64,000 nt of DNA. Origin: an uncultured Rickettsiales bacterium. Its GTDB lineage: Bacteria; Pseudomonadota; Alphaproteobacteria; Rickettsiales; UBA1997. Positions 56,701 to 64,000 of this stretch are shown piece by piece. The stretch is from NCBI GenBank assembly GCA_905478165.1, contig CAJQHK010000004.1, positions 27,557-91,556 on the forward strand, written 5' to 3'. Made by a program: the position numbers and the translations under genes. A model generated the notes under the pieces. The model was given only the letters and a program-made list of their open reading frames with translations, did no database searches and was not told the DNA's origin. Numbering within the stretch: the stretch's first letter is position 1; the number at the start of each line of letters is the position of its first letter.

Positions 56701-57395
56701 AAGAATAGAATTAAAAAAGAAAACACCTTAATAAAGACCTTGCTAAAAATAAATATATCAGAAATACGATGTATTACCATTGAATATGTAATAACAATGC
56801 AATACATAGCTATCAGAATAGTTGCAAACGGATATAACTCTATTTCAAAATATGGAAAACAAGTTGTAAAGCCGCCTGCCCAACCTATGGCAAAGCCATA
56901 AAAAATCAGTTTATTTTTATAATAATTTTTAATAGATTTGTGTATTATAACGAAACTGAACAAAACAACCGATACCATATATATAAAAAATATATACCAT
57001 AATGGCGTGATATTCGGTGCAAAATTAAACTCTAAAAAAGGAGATACACCCTCAACCATAATAGGAGTAAACATAAGGATAACAAGAATTGCAACCAGTG
57101 TATTTTCTACCATCTGACAAGGTCTACTTATTTCAAATCTAGTTAAAAATCTTGCAGTCTTGAAAAATAAATATGGTATTAGAACCAAAGAAGCTAAAGT
57201 AACCTTCGAATATAATAGAGCGTGTTCTTCTGATTTTGAAATCAAATGTAATCCGTAAGAAAAACTCCAAACACACAAATTAATATTAAACATAGCAAAA
57301 CTGCTATACTTTCTATCAGAAAAAATTAAAAATATTGCTAACAAGAAGCAGGTAGCAAAAGTTACAAAAAAAGAAAATAGAACAAAATCTGTCAT
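53799..57395 (-). CDS. Polytopic hybrid sensor histidine kinase (multi-TM sensor, GAF-like, HisKA, HATPase_c, REC, REC, HPt)
   Basis: Residues 1-275 form about 8-9 hydrophobic helices with minimal loops. H-box is AGSIAHELRNPLGAI (H466), N-box NLVKNAL, G1 DTGPGI and G2 GGTGVGL. REC1 is ILLVDD...LILTDIEMPLMSG...YYIKP. REC2 is VIVADD...LIITDINMGKVGG...DYMLKG. The HPt reads QKSIHKLKGSSRAI (H1139). Confidence 0.88.
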   Translation of the reverse strand: MTDFVLFSFFVTFATCFLLAIFLIFSDRKYSSFAMFNINLCVWSFSYGLHLISKSEEHALLYSKVTLASLVLIPYLFFKTARFLTRFEISRPCQMVENTLVAILVILMFTPIMVEGVSPFLEFNFAPNITPLWYIFFIYMVSVVLFSFVIIHKSIKNYYKNKLIFYGFAIGWAGGFTTCFPYFEIELYPFATILIAMYCIVITYSMVIHRISDIFIFSKVFIKVFSFLILFLSYVVLSEVYTRLGNVDNTILISLLTIIYFFISLELYHILTKGFKSLGINFGFGVRYDKKNIMKKINNEVLDVVSIDILLSKIKSIIGGDMQVEIKSFYISDDLGIFANKDNLGFSRYFGEDIAFKTLKKLTKEFNSNKILLSIKLNEAYEKLKLIMTDGEFEGYIPLTFHNKKMGFITLKSRPNKSNYFYYEDMEVFDDLVIKVGIALERVRLHLHFLREKESALIALAGSIAHELRNPLGAIRLTTENLVSIKDNISHDPNLQKIVYRDSKFKEIIDESSIKIANFKGQINKTIDLASNIIDITLHELGGKKFTREDFGYYSAKQLILDTASLYGYKNNEEKEKIIINLYDDRSVTAGQSDLESISVKNIDNENDFIIFANDTGFKYIIFNLVKNALFYLDQYPSSNITISFEKEKTFNKKLLKKFNVSDSVRDAGIELEVGKYNVVSVTDTGPGIKEEVITKIFQSYFTLDKKGGTGVGLDFCNRMMNNFGGAIICESKIDEFTKFSLLFPILSDNEKREGVNKILDFEDKIKKSNKSEEGAYELERSLSKNPKKNILLVDDIRTNIEILARDLRNKCPNFNITIIIYPIEAFELIKSKEECGDQFDLILTDIEMPLMSGVELTRKIRNDLGISKDALPILAYSSREDKAIANQALTAGCNAYYIKPKDLRFIARNISKWVLNYYIPSKSIHRQDIVVNNTTLKGLNVIVADDQAINLFLIAKKVSNAGANVFQCSDGKDIVKLFQLDPTKYHLIITDINMGKVGGIDAAKEVRKIESNYNDKNDASCKVPIIALSGDGDKKFVMSLLNSGIDDYMLKGSNPKDLIRLSKFWVDYRFSIDILSQSGKNKSNSSNNDVLEGDFTSLFSNKSEATEIADVFESDGKNIIEEIKNDKSKVNDLQKSIHKLKGSSRAIRSSKLFKYLSEINDLARNNKLPDDNNFDKKIEELFKKEVEFLRLEIEKKF

Positions 57396-57404
57396 GACCT
57401 TTTA

Positions 57405-58118
57405 TTAGATATTGAGGTTAGATGGAAATATTATACTAAACACCATATCATCAAAAAAATATGAGTAGCACTTATATTGTGGAAAATTCCTAAAATAACA
57501 AATATAATAATGATCCTTACGAATTAATTCAGATATTTCGTATATTTTTAAATTTGTCATTAATCCAGTTTTAAGCGCTTTAGATAAAGATTCTTTTGCA
57601 GTCCATAACAAAGTAGCCATTGAATCATTATGGGAAAAATTATTAACTTCAGACTGAGATAGCTGACTCTTTATTTCTTCAAGACTGCCTAGACGAATTT
57701 TTTCTAAATCTACCGCTAATGGAGTAAAGTCAAAAAAGGCTACAGCTATCGCCATATCATTTTTATGACTTATAGAAATCTGAATCCCACTTATATTAAC
57801 GCCGCTTACAACAGGTTGTCCAAAAATACCATTTAAAATAGAAAAGCCCTTTAGGTCTTTGATTTTAACTAAATGAGATATCGCTCTCTTTGCCGCTATA
57901 CGACCAAGTAGATACGCGTCCTTCTGATACATATTTGATAAAGACACGTAGAAATTCTTTTCCTCTTTACTTAAATACCTATCTGCATTAAACAATTCCT
58001 TGTTCAAAGAGTTAGATTTACTAATTACACAATTATATTGTTTATCTAAATAATTTAATTGAAACTCAACACAACTAGCGTCAGAAGGTTCATTTAAAAA
58101 ATCTAAAATAAGCAACAT
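57405..58118 (-). CDS. 4'-phosphopantetheinyl transferase, Sfp type
   Basis: QISISHKNDMAIAVAF and LLWTAKESLSKALKTG (the W/F-x-x-KE-S/A-x-x-K motif) are present, and the 237-aa size fits. The start lies 13 nt after the PKS stop. Confidence 0.8.
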   Translation of the reverse strand: MLLILDFLNEPSDASCVEFQLNYLDKQYNCVISKSNSLNKELFNADRYLSKEEKNFYVSLSNMYQKDAYLLGRIAAKRAISHLVKIKDLKGFSILNGIFGQPVVSGVNISGIQISISHKNDMAIAVAFFDFTPLAVDLEKIRLGSLEEIKSQLSQSEVNNFSHNDSMATLLWTAKESLSKALKTGLMTNLKIYEISELIRKDHYYICYFRNFPQYKCYSYFFDDMVFSIIFPSNLNI

Positions 58119-58131
58119 AAAGGACTTTATT

Positions 58132-61100
58132 TTATAATTTAATCAATGAAATTGAATCTTCGATTTTACTAACAATAAACTCTTTATTTCTACTTAAAAA
58201 CCAATGATCTCCATGAAGCTCATGAAAACTAAAATTATTATCAGTCTGATCTTCCCATTGCTTCAACTCATCTAATAAAACAACATCATCTTCTTTTGCT
58301 CCAAAAGCTAAAATTGGAATACTTAATTTCTCTTCATCCTTATATTGATAAGTCATAATTACCTCCATATCCCTCTTCATCACTGGTATTATACTACGCA
58401 AAAAATCTTCATCATCAATATACGATACTGTTGATATAATCTTATCGATAGTATTCTCTTTTCTAGCTGTCTCCTTTATTGATTCCCTGCCTCTCCATTT
58501 TTTTGTTAATTGTGGAGCTATAGACCCTGTGACAATAAGCTTTTTGATATTTTGATATTCAGTAATATTATTTCGTCTCATATATTTTATTACTTCATAA
58601 AGAGTAACTCCTCCCCAGCTATGACCCCAAAATATTGATGGGCCATCGATTTCTGGAATTATCTGTTTAGATAAATCTTCGACTAATTTATCCACATTGC
58701 TATAGTAATACCCTTCGTCCAAACGATTCTCTCTACCCGGCATTTGTAAGGCGATGATTTCAGTATTCTTTGGAGGATTGAAGATAAAATGACTAAAAAT
58801 TGATGCACCAGCACCCACAGGATGTAGGCAAAAAATTTTTATTTTTACATTGTCATCCTCTTTTCTTCTTCTGACAAACCATTTGTCGCTACTTACCACA
58901 ATATCATCATCTCCATCTATTCCCGACTTATCTAATCCTACATTATCGCTATCTTTCTTAAGCATGGATATTATCTCTGTAGCCAGTTCTGTTAGACTGG
59001 GACCTTTTGCCAGCCTCATTAAAAACAAATTTATTTCAATATTTAATTGAATCCAGCTTCTAAATTGATTAAGCATCAAAGAGTCTAATCCAATGGTCGT
59101 AATAGAATTATTCAAAGAAATATCTTCACCAGAAACTCCCAAAATATCTGCAACACTATTTGCCAACAATTCCGATACCTTTTCAACCTTCCAATCAATA
59201 TCGTCAGATGCTATTATTTTCTGTAAAATACCATCCAAATTATTACTCTTACTAAATGAGTCCTTCTTTATAACAGCGCTAAACATAAATCTATCCTTTA
59301 CAGATTTATAAGTTTTAACAAAATTACTCCACTTCATTGACGATATCATTAAATAGTCAAAATTAGAATTTAAAAGTTCTTCTAATTTTAGATCAATATC
59401 ACTCCTGTTTATTACGACCGTACCTAACGCTCTATATATAGAATCAACATTTTTCTTACTATCTTTTGTCATTCCCGCATAATCACCACCGATAAGGCCA
59501 AAACACGCAGAATGACAAGCTAAACCATTGCTATTCCTGTAAATTGACAAGTAATTTAAAAAGCTGTTTGCTGATGAATAGTTGCTTTGTCCGCCTATTC
59601 CAATAAATGAGGAGACTGAGGATATTAGTAAAAATAGATCTAACTCAGTATCTAAAGTTGCTCTGTGTAAATTCCAAGCTCCTAATGCTTTTGGATCATA
59701 GACTTTGAAGAATCTTTCTTTAGTCATATTTGGATATGAAGAATCGTCTAATATACCGGCAGAATGAATTACTCCCCTCAATGGCGGCATATTATTTTTA
59801 ATGTAAGAAATTACCCTGTTGATATCTTCCTCTTTCGAGACATCTCCCTTTACATCTTGCCAATTAATATTAGCACCTAAATTTTGTAATTTTAATATTA
59901 TTTTATTATCTCTTTCATATTTTGGTCCTGACCTACTAACTAAAGCAAAATTTCTTGCACCCCTTTCAAACATCCACTCAGCAAGAGTTAGGCCAAGACC
60001 GCTGGCGCCACCACTTATTAAATAGGTTGCATCATTTTTAAATGACAATTCTTGGTTTGTGTCCATTTTTTGCTCAATTGCTACTAATTTTCTGGCAAAC
60101 CTACCATAATCTCTAATTGCAATTTCTGTTTCATAAGGGACCTTCTCTTCCTTGTTTATTTCTTTAATTAAATGACTGACATTATCTTCTAATTTTTGAC
60201 AGCCAAGATCAATCATCCTAACTTGATGATCAGGATGTTCATTCATAAATACCCGACCCATACCATAAAGCGAACCTTGTAAAAAATTTATATTCTTATC
60301 CTTTTCCTTATCAACTTGATCAGCATTTTTAGTAATCTGATAAATATATATTTCTTGATTTTCTATTTTTAATATCTCTTGAGATAGATAGAGGTTTGAT
60401 AGAAATAAATTCTGCGACTCTATCTGAAAAGCTTTACTATCACTGGTATCATCAATTATTGAGTCCACTGACCAAAGATTAATAATTTTAGAAAGTTTTA
60501 TATTTTTATTTTTTAAACTCAAAAATAGCTCAATAAAATTATCTTTGGAGGTTGGGTTGATTCTGTAGTGATTGCTGAATTCATTCTGGAAAGAAGTTCC
60601 TTTATCTATAGTGATAATATTATATCCAGCTTCTGATAACTCCTTTGATAATGGAGTTGACAAACCTTCATCAGAAAGAATGGCGATATTGATTTTATTG
60701 TTTTTAGTAACATCTGCGCTTGCGATCTTAGTTTTAACATGTGACTCAAACCATTGATATTTATAAAGACCTCTATCTGCATTATCTTCTTGGATATCCA
60801 GGCAGCTCTTGTTTATATTTTTTGTTATAGATACTATCTGACTATCGGAATCATAAGTCACGACATCAGAAACTATATTTTTACTATCAATTGAGTGTAA
60901 TTTTACATAACTCCATAATGTAGATTGTTGATCCTTATATTTAGTAAATTTACCAAAACTTTGTGGTAAATAAATATTGTCACCACCAGCAAAAAGAGAT
61001 GCATGTAAACAAGAATCAGATAAATTTGGAATTATATTATATTGATCAGCAATATACTCATCTTCTTGTGACAGTTCAACTCTGGCCAATATCTCGCCAT

Positions 61101-64000
61101 CATCATTTTGCCACATCTCTTTAATTAATCTAAAATGATATCCGTAATTAAGACCCTTACTTTTTAATTTAGAGTAAAATTCATCGACAGAAATCTTTTT
61201 ATCAATCCTATTTTTTAGATCTTTTAATTTATCATAATTGTTAGCATCATTAGCGGTGCTATCACATGATATTTTGCCACTACTATTTGATTGCCAGTTT
61301 TGACTATCGCCTTTTTTACTAAATATCTGATAAAGACCGGACTCAAGATTAATTTCTATTTTTGCTTCAACTTGCTCCTCCTTATCTGACAAAAACAATG
61401 CCTTTTTAAATTCAAGATTTTCTATATGAGAAAATTTATCACCGTAAAACTTTTTACCAACAGCAATCGCAATTTCTGCATGAGCGGTTGCGGGCAAAAC
61501 CATAACTCCGCCAATTTTATGGTCAGCAAGGAATATTTCTTTCTTCGGACTTAAATCTAAATCAATAATTTTTAGATTTTTATCCAAACTACTTTCAATA
61601 ACCGTTTTAATAAATGGGTGAATTCTCTTTTTTAATCTTGATTCTTTATGATCTTCACTCTCATACCAGTATTCCTTGTGATCCCAGCTATAGGTTGGTA
61701 ATTTAATTGAAGTTGGGTTTTGGTTTTTATCTACAAGTAAATTTAAAAATTGTGTTCTATTTGTTGCTACGTGAACTTTGGCAGCTGCTGACAAAATGTC
61801 ATTAATTTCATAATCTATATTAGCTTCAAAGCTTTTGATGTTTCTGGAAAGTGAGGAAATTATATAGCCATCTTTTTTTGCTAAAGATAACATATCATTA
61901 ACGCCAGCACCTAAGATTGGGTGTGGAGCGATTTCAATAAAATAATTAAATCCATCTGCAATCATTTTTTCTATTGCTGAGATAAAATAAACTGTATCTC
62001 TAACATTTTTATACCAATATTCATTAGTTAAATGTAAACCACTCTCTTGAAGTCCTGTAACAGTTGAATATAAAGAGATTGCTGATTTTTGAGGCTTAAG
62101 ATCCTTAAGACTTTCAATCATATCATCTCTTGTCATATCCATATAATGACTATGGAATGGTACATTTATCTTTAGGAATCTACTAAATATATCTTTTTCT
62201 TCCAATTCTTTAGCAATGATTTCTAAAGGCTCTGCATCTCCTGATAAAACTGTTGCTTCTGGCCCATTGACAGCTGCAATCGAAACTTTTCTTTGATATT
62301 TTTGTATAATTTGTATAGATTTAGAAAGTGGTAATCCTATGGCTAGCATCTTACCTTTTCCAGAAGCTTTATCCTGCTCTTTTGATCTATTGTAAATTAC
62401 ATCTACTGCCTGCTCTAAAGTAAGAGATCCTGCGCCATAAGCTGCAGCTACCTCACCTATTGAATGACCAACAATTCCATCTGGATTAATTCCCAGATAT
62501 TTCCAAATCTCAATGAGACCTATTTGTACGGCCATTATTGCTGGCTGAGCTATTCTTGTCTCAGAAACTCTAGAATCTTCTTTGTTTTTTTTCATCTCTG
62601 TTAGTAGAGAATAGCCAGAAATTTTATTAAAAATCTTATCAATCTTAGTGATAATTTCGGAAAATATTTTTGATTTTTCCAACAATTGCCTGCCCATAGC
62701 ATACCATTGAGGACCTTGCCCAGAACAGATAAATGCTATTTTTAACTTTTCATTTTTTTTAGTTTTTCCTGTTATGATTTGCTGATTTCGTGTATCAGAA
62801 ATATATAGGGACAATTTCTTGATTAAATCTTCTTTTGAGTTACAGATTATTATAAGTTTTTCTTCAAAGTTTGATCTGTTATTAATAACGGAATAACAAA
62901 TATCTATCAAATTATTTTTACCATCTCTGGTAAAATTAAGATATTTTTCTGCTAATTTTTTTAAAGAATTTTTAGATTTCGCTGATAATGAAAAAATGTA
63001 AGGGAAATTATCATTACTATCTTCTGATTTAGATTTTTGTTCTGACTTAGAATTACTAACATACTCCTCCAAAACAATATGAGAGTTGGTACCTCCAGCA
63101 CCGAATGAATTAACACCAGCAATTGCCTTTCTATCTTTTTTACCAGGCCATTTGGTTAATTTGGTTGGAACTTTTAATTTCCATTCATCAAATTTAATCT
63201 TAGGATTTGGAGTGTTAAAATGTAAGTTTTGTGGAATTTGCTTATTCTTAATGCAAAGAGCTAATTTAGTAAGACCTGCAATGCCAGCGACAGCTTCGGT
63301 ATGACCAATATTACTCTTAATTGAACCAATAATTAAAGGATTTTGAGGATCTCTATCCTTAGCAAACACATTACCAAAAGCTGCACATTCCTTAGGGTCA
63401 CCAACCACGGTTCCAGTTCCATGAGCTTCAATAAAATCAACATCCTTAGGATTAATAGAGGCGCCAGAGTAAACCTCTTCAAGCATCTGTTGTTGAGCAA
63501 ATTCATTTGGTACAGTCATACCATCTTCAGTATAACCATCAAAATTTACTACAGCATTTTTAATTACTGCATAAATATTATCACCATCCTTTTCAGCTTG
63601 ATCTAGCGGCTTCAAAATTACAACTCCAGCACCTTCACCCCTAACATAACCATTACCAGCAGCATCAAAGCTTTTACAATAACCATCAGGACTTAAGAAT
63701 CCACCCTTTGATAATCCAACAAAATGCTCATGACTAGACATAATGTTAACACCTCCAGCAATTGCCATATCAGCATCTCCAATCCAAATATTATTACAGG
63801 CAATCTGCACAGCAACAAGGGAGGAGGAGCAGGCGGTATCAACAGATAAAACTGGGCCCTTTAAATTAAATTGATAAGCAATTCTAGCAGGAACTGTCAC
63901 ATCGGAACTTCCCATTAAGCTATGAGCATTAATATGATCTATATCATCTCCAGCATATTTTTTTCCTTCATCGCCTAAAAATATACCAGTTATTACCGCT
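58132..64000 (-). CDS. Type I polyketide synthase, KS-AT-DH-KR-ACP-TE; N-terminus lies beyond the window edge
   Basis: The frame stays open upstream of the listed Met to nt 64000 (AVITGIFLGDEGKKYAGDDIDHINAHSLMGSS...). KS (about 63061-64000): DTACSSSL (Cys codon 63829-63831), EAHGTGT, KSNIGHTE. AT (about 61846-62739): FICSGQGPQW, GHSIGE (Ser codon 62461-62463), VPFHS. DH (about 60796-61623): HKIGGVMVLP (H-x3-G-x4-P). KR (about 59476-60693): GGASGLG, HSAGILDD, SNYSSAN. ACP (about 58966-59193): GLDSL. TE (58135-58848): GHSWGG (Ser codon 58618-58620), HGDHWF. Confidence 0.9.
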   Translation of the reverse strand, partial: AVITGIFLGDEGKKYAGDDIDHINAHSLMGSSDVTVPARIAYQFNLKGPVLSVDTACSSSLVAVQIACNNIWIGDADMAIAGGVNIMSSHEHFVGLSKGGFLSPDGYCKSFDAAGNGYVRGEGAGVVILKPLDQAEKDGDNIYAVIKNAVVNFDGYTEDGMTVPNEFAQQQMLEEVYSGASINPKDVDFIEAHGTGTVVGDPKECAAFGNVFAKDRDPQNPLIIGSIKSNIGHTEAVAGIAGLTKLALCIKNKQIPQNLHFNTPNPKIKFDEWKLKVPTKLTKWPGKKDRKAIAGVNSFGAGGTNSHIVLEEYVSNSKSEQKSKSEDSNDNFPYIFSLSAKSKNSLKKLAEKYLNFTRDGKNNLIDICYSVINNRSNFEEKLIIICNSKEDLIKKLSLYISDTRNQQIITGKTKKNEKLKIAFICSGQGPQWYAMGRQLLEKSKIFSEIITKIDKIFNKISGYSLLTEMKKNKEDSRVSETRIAQPAIMAVQIGLIEIWKYLGINPDGIVGHSIGEVAAAYGAGSLTLEQAVDVIYNRSKEQDKASGKGKMLAIGLPLSKSIQIIQKYQRKVSIAAVNGPEATVLSGDAEPLEIIAKELEEKDIFSRFLKINVPFHSHYMDMTRDDMIESLKDLKPQKSAISLYSTVTGLQESGLHLTNEYWYKNVRDTVYFISAIEKMIADGFNYFIEIAPHPILGAGVNDMLSLAKKDGYIISSLSRNIKSFEANIDYEINDILSAAAKVHVATNRTQFLNLLVDKNQNPTSIKLPTYSWDHKEYWYESEDHKESRLKKRIHPFIKTVIESSLDKNLKIIDLDLSPKKEIFLADHKIGGVMVLPATAHAEIAIAVGKKFYGDKFSHIENLEFKKALFLSDKEEQVEAKIEINLESGLYQIFSKKGDSQNWQSNSSGKISCDSTANDANNYDKLKDLKNRIDKKISVDEFYSKLKSKGLNYGYHFRLIKEMWQNDDGEILARVELSQEDEYIADQYNIIPNLSDSCLHASLFAGGDNIYLPQSFGKFTKYKDQQSTLWSYVKLHSIDSKNIVSDVVTYDSDSQIVSITKNINKSCLDIQEDNADRGLYKYQWFESHVKTKIASADVTKNNKINIAILSDEGLSTPLSKELSEAGYNIITIDKGTSFQNEFSNHYRINPTSKDNFIELFLSLKNKNIKLSKIINLWSVDSIIDDTSDSKAFQIESQNLFLSNLYLSQEILKIENQEIYIYQITKNADQVDKEKDKNINFLQGSLYGMGRVFMNEHPDHQVRMIDLGCQKLEDNVSHLIKEINKEEKVPYETEIAIRDYGRFARKLVAIEQKMDTNQELSFKNDATYLISGGASGLGLTLAEWMFERGARNFALVSRSGPKYERDNKIILKLQNLGANINWQDVKGDVSKEEDINRVISYIKNNMPPLRGVIHSAGILDDSSYPNMTKERFFKVYDPKALGAWNLHRATLDTELDLFLLISSVSSFIGIGGQSNYSSANSFLNYLSIYRNSNGLACHSACFGLIGGDYAGMTKDSKKNVDSIYRALGTVVINRSDIDLKLEELLNSNFDYLMISSMKWSNFVKTYKSVKDRFMFSAVIKKDSFSKSNNLDGILQKIIASDDIDWKVEKVSELLANSVADILGVSGEDISLNNSITTIGLDSLMLNQFRSWIQLNIEINLFLMRLAKGPSLTELATEIISMLKKDSDNVGLDKSGIDGDDDIVVSSDKWFVRRRKEDDNVKIKIFCLHPVGAGASIFSHFIFNPPKNTEIIALQMPGRENRLDEGYYYSNVDKLVEDLSKQIIPEIDGPSIFWGHSWGGVTLYEVIKYMRRNNITEYQNIKKLIVTGSIAPQLTKKWRGRESIKETARKENTIDKIISTVSYIDDEDFLRSIIPVMKRDMEVIMTYQYKDEEKLSIPILAFGAKEDDVVLLDELKQWEDQTDNNFSFHELHGDHWFLSRNKEFIVSKIEDSISLIKL

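Noticed and set aside
11174-63606. Other short ORFs nested inside long genes (for example 11174, 11340, 11623, 14566, 16465, 20061, 21203, 29690, 30074, 35814, 39293, 41052, 44068, 45899, 48052, 49531, 50297, 54001, 54937, 56443, 58850, 59093, 59819, 60572, 63086, 63343)
   Set aside because: The reasoning is the same. Each overlaps a gene with clear family motifs in another frame or strand, and none shows a family signature.
53799-64000. The PKS cluster as a recently acquired genomic island
   Set aside because: No flanking tRNA, integrase, IS or direct repeats are seen within the window. AT-richness and codon style look the same as in neighbouring housekeeping genes. The window ends inside the PKS, so the far boundary is unseen.

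Overview
This 64-kb window comes from a very AT-rich (by eye about 30% GC, not computed), gene-dense bacterial chromosome. Gene content points to a reduced alphaproteobacterium of the Rickettsiales/Holosporales kind, but that taxon call is inference only. The supporting genes are a eukaryote-like type-2 IleRS, GatB, argS followed by a SPOR protein, an AddA-type helicase-nuclease, an NDUFS4-like complex I accessory domain, and isolated nuoC and secF. I call about 50 CDS (roughly five in six on the minus strand) and three tRNAs (Tyr-GTA, Ser-TGA, Leu-GAG). I see no rRNA, no CRISPR array, no intact IS and no prophage. Most genes are housekeeping: hemH, ileS, gatB, argC, rlmH, rnhA, dxs, nuoC, secF, metK, rpiB, smpB, tatB, trpS, trmB, argS, gltX, serS, ssb, uvrC, nadE, ftsW, addA and kdsA. 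Five things stand out. (1) At 53.8-64.0 kb a tightly packed minus-strand operon encodes an iterative-looking type I PKS (KS-AT-DH-KR-ACP-TE, running off the window edge), an Sfp-type PPTase and a 1198-aa polytopic hybrid sensor kinase (HK-REC-REC-HPt). I propose it as a candidate polyketide signal synthase/sensor module. (2) Two families of dispersed imperfect-palindrome repeats, analogous to Rickettsia palindromic elements, overlap several gene 3' ends and supply their stop codons. A single GC-rich nested palindrome is also present. (3) A rearrangement scar at 1.0-3.0 kb contains a decayed IS5/IS1182-like transposase, a tRNA-Ser 5'-half duplication and an IS30-like tail, and it abuts an ileS that looks C-terminally truncated. 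(4) An AmpD-type amidase is fused in frame to an NDUFS4-like domain. (5) There is a 615-aa orphan protein with glycine-zipper segments and internal tandem duplications, an orphan PilB/GspE ATPase, and a fadL plus Fe-ADH_2 (G1P-dehydrogenase-like) gene pair. All protein and domain calls rest on motif recognition by eye in the supplied translations. No alignment, HMM search or folding was run.
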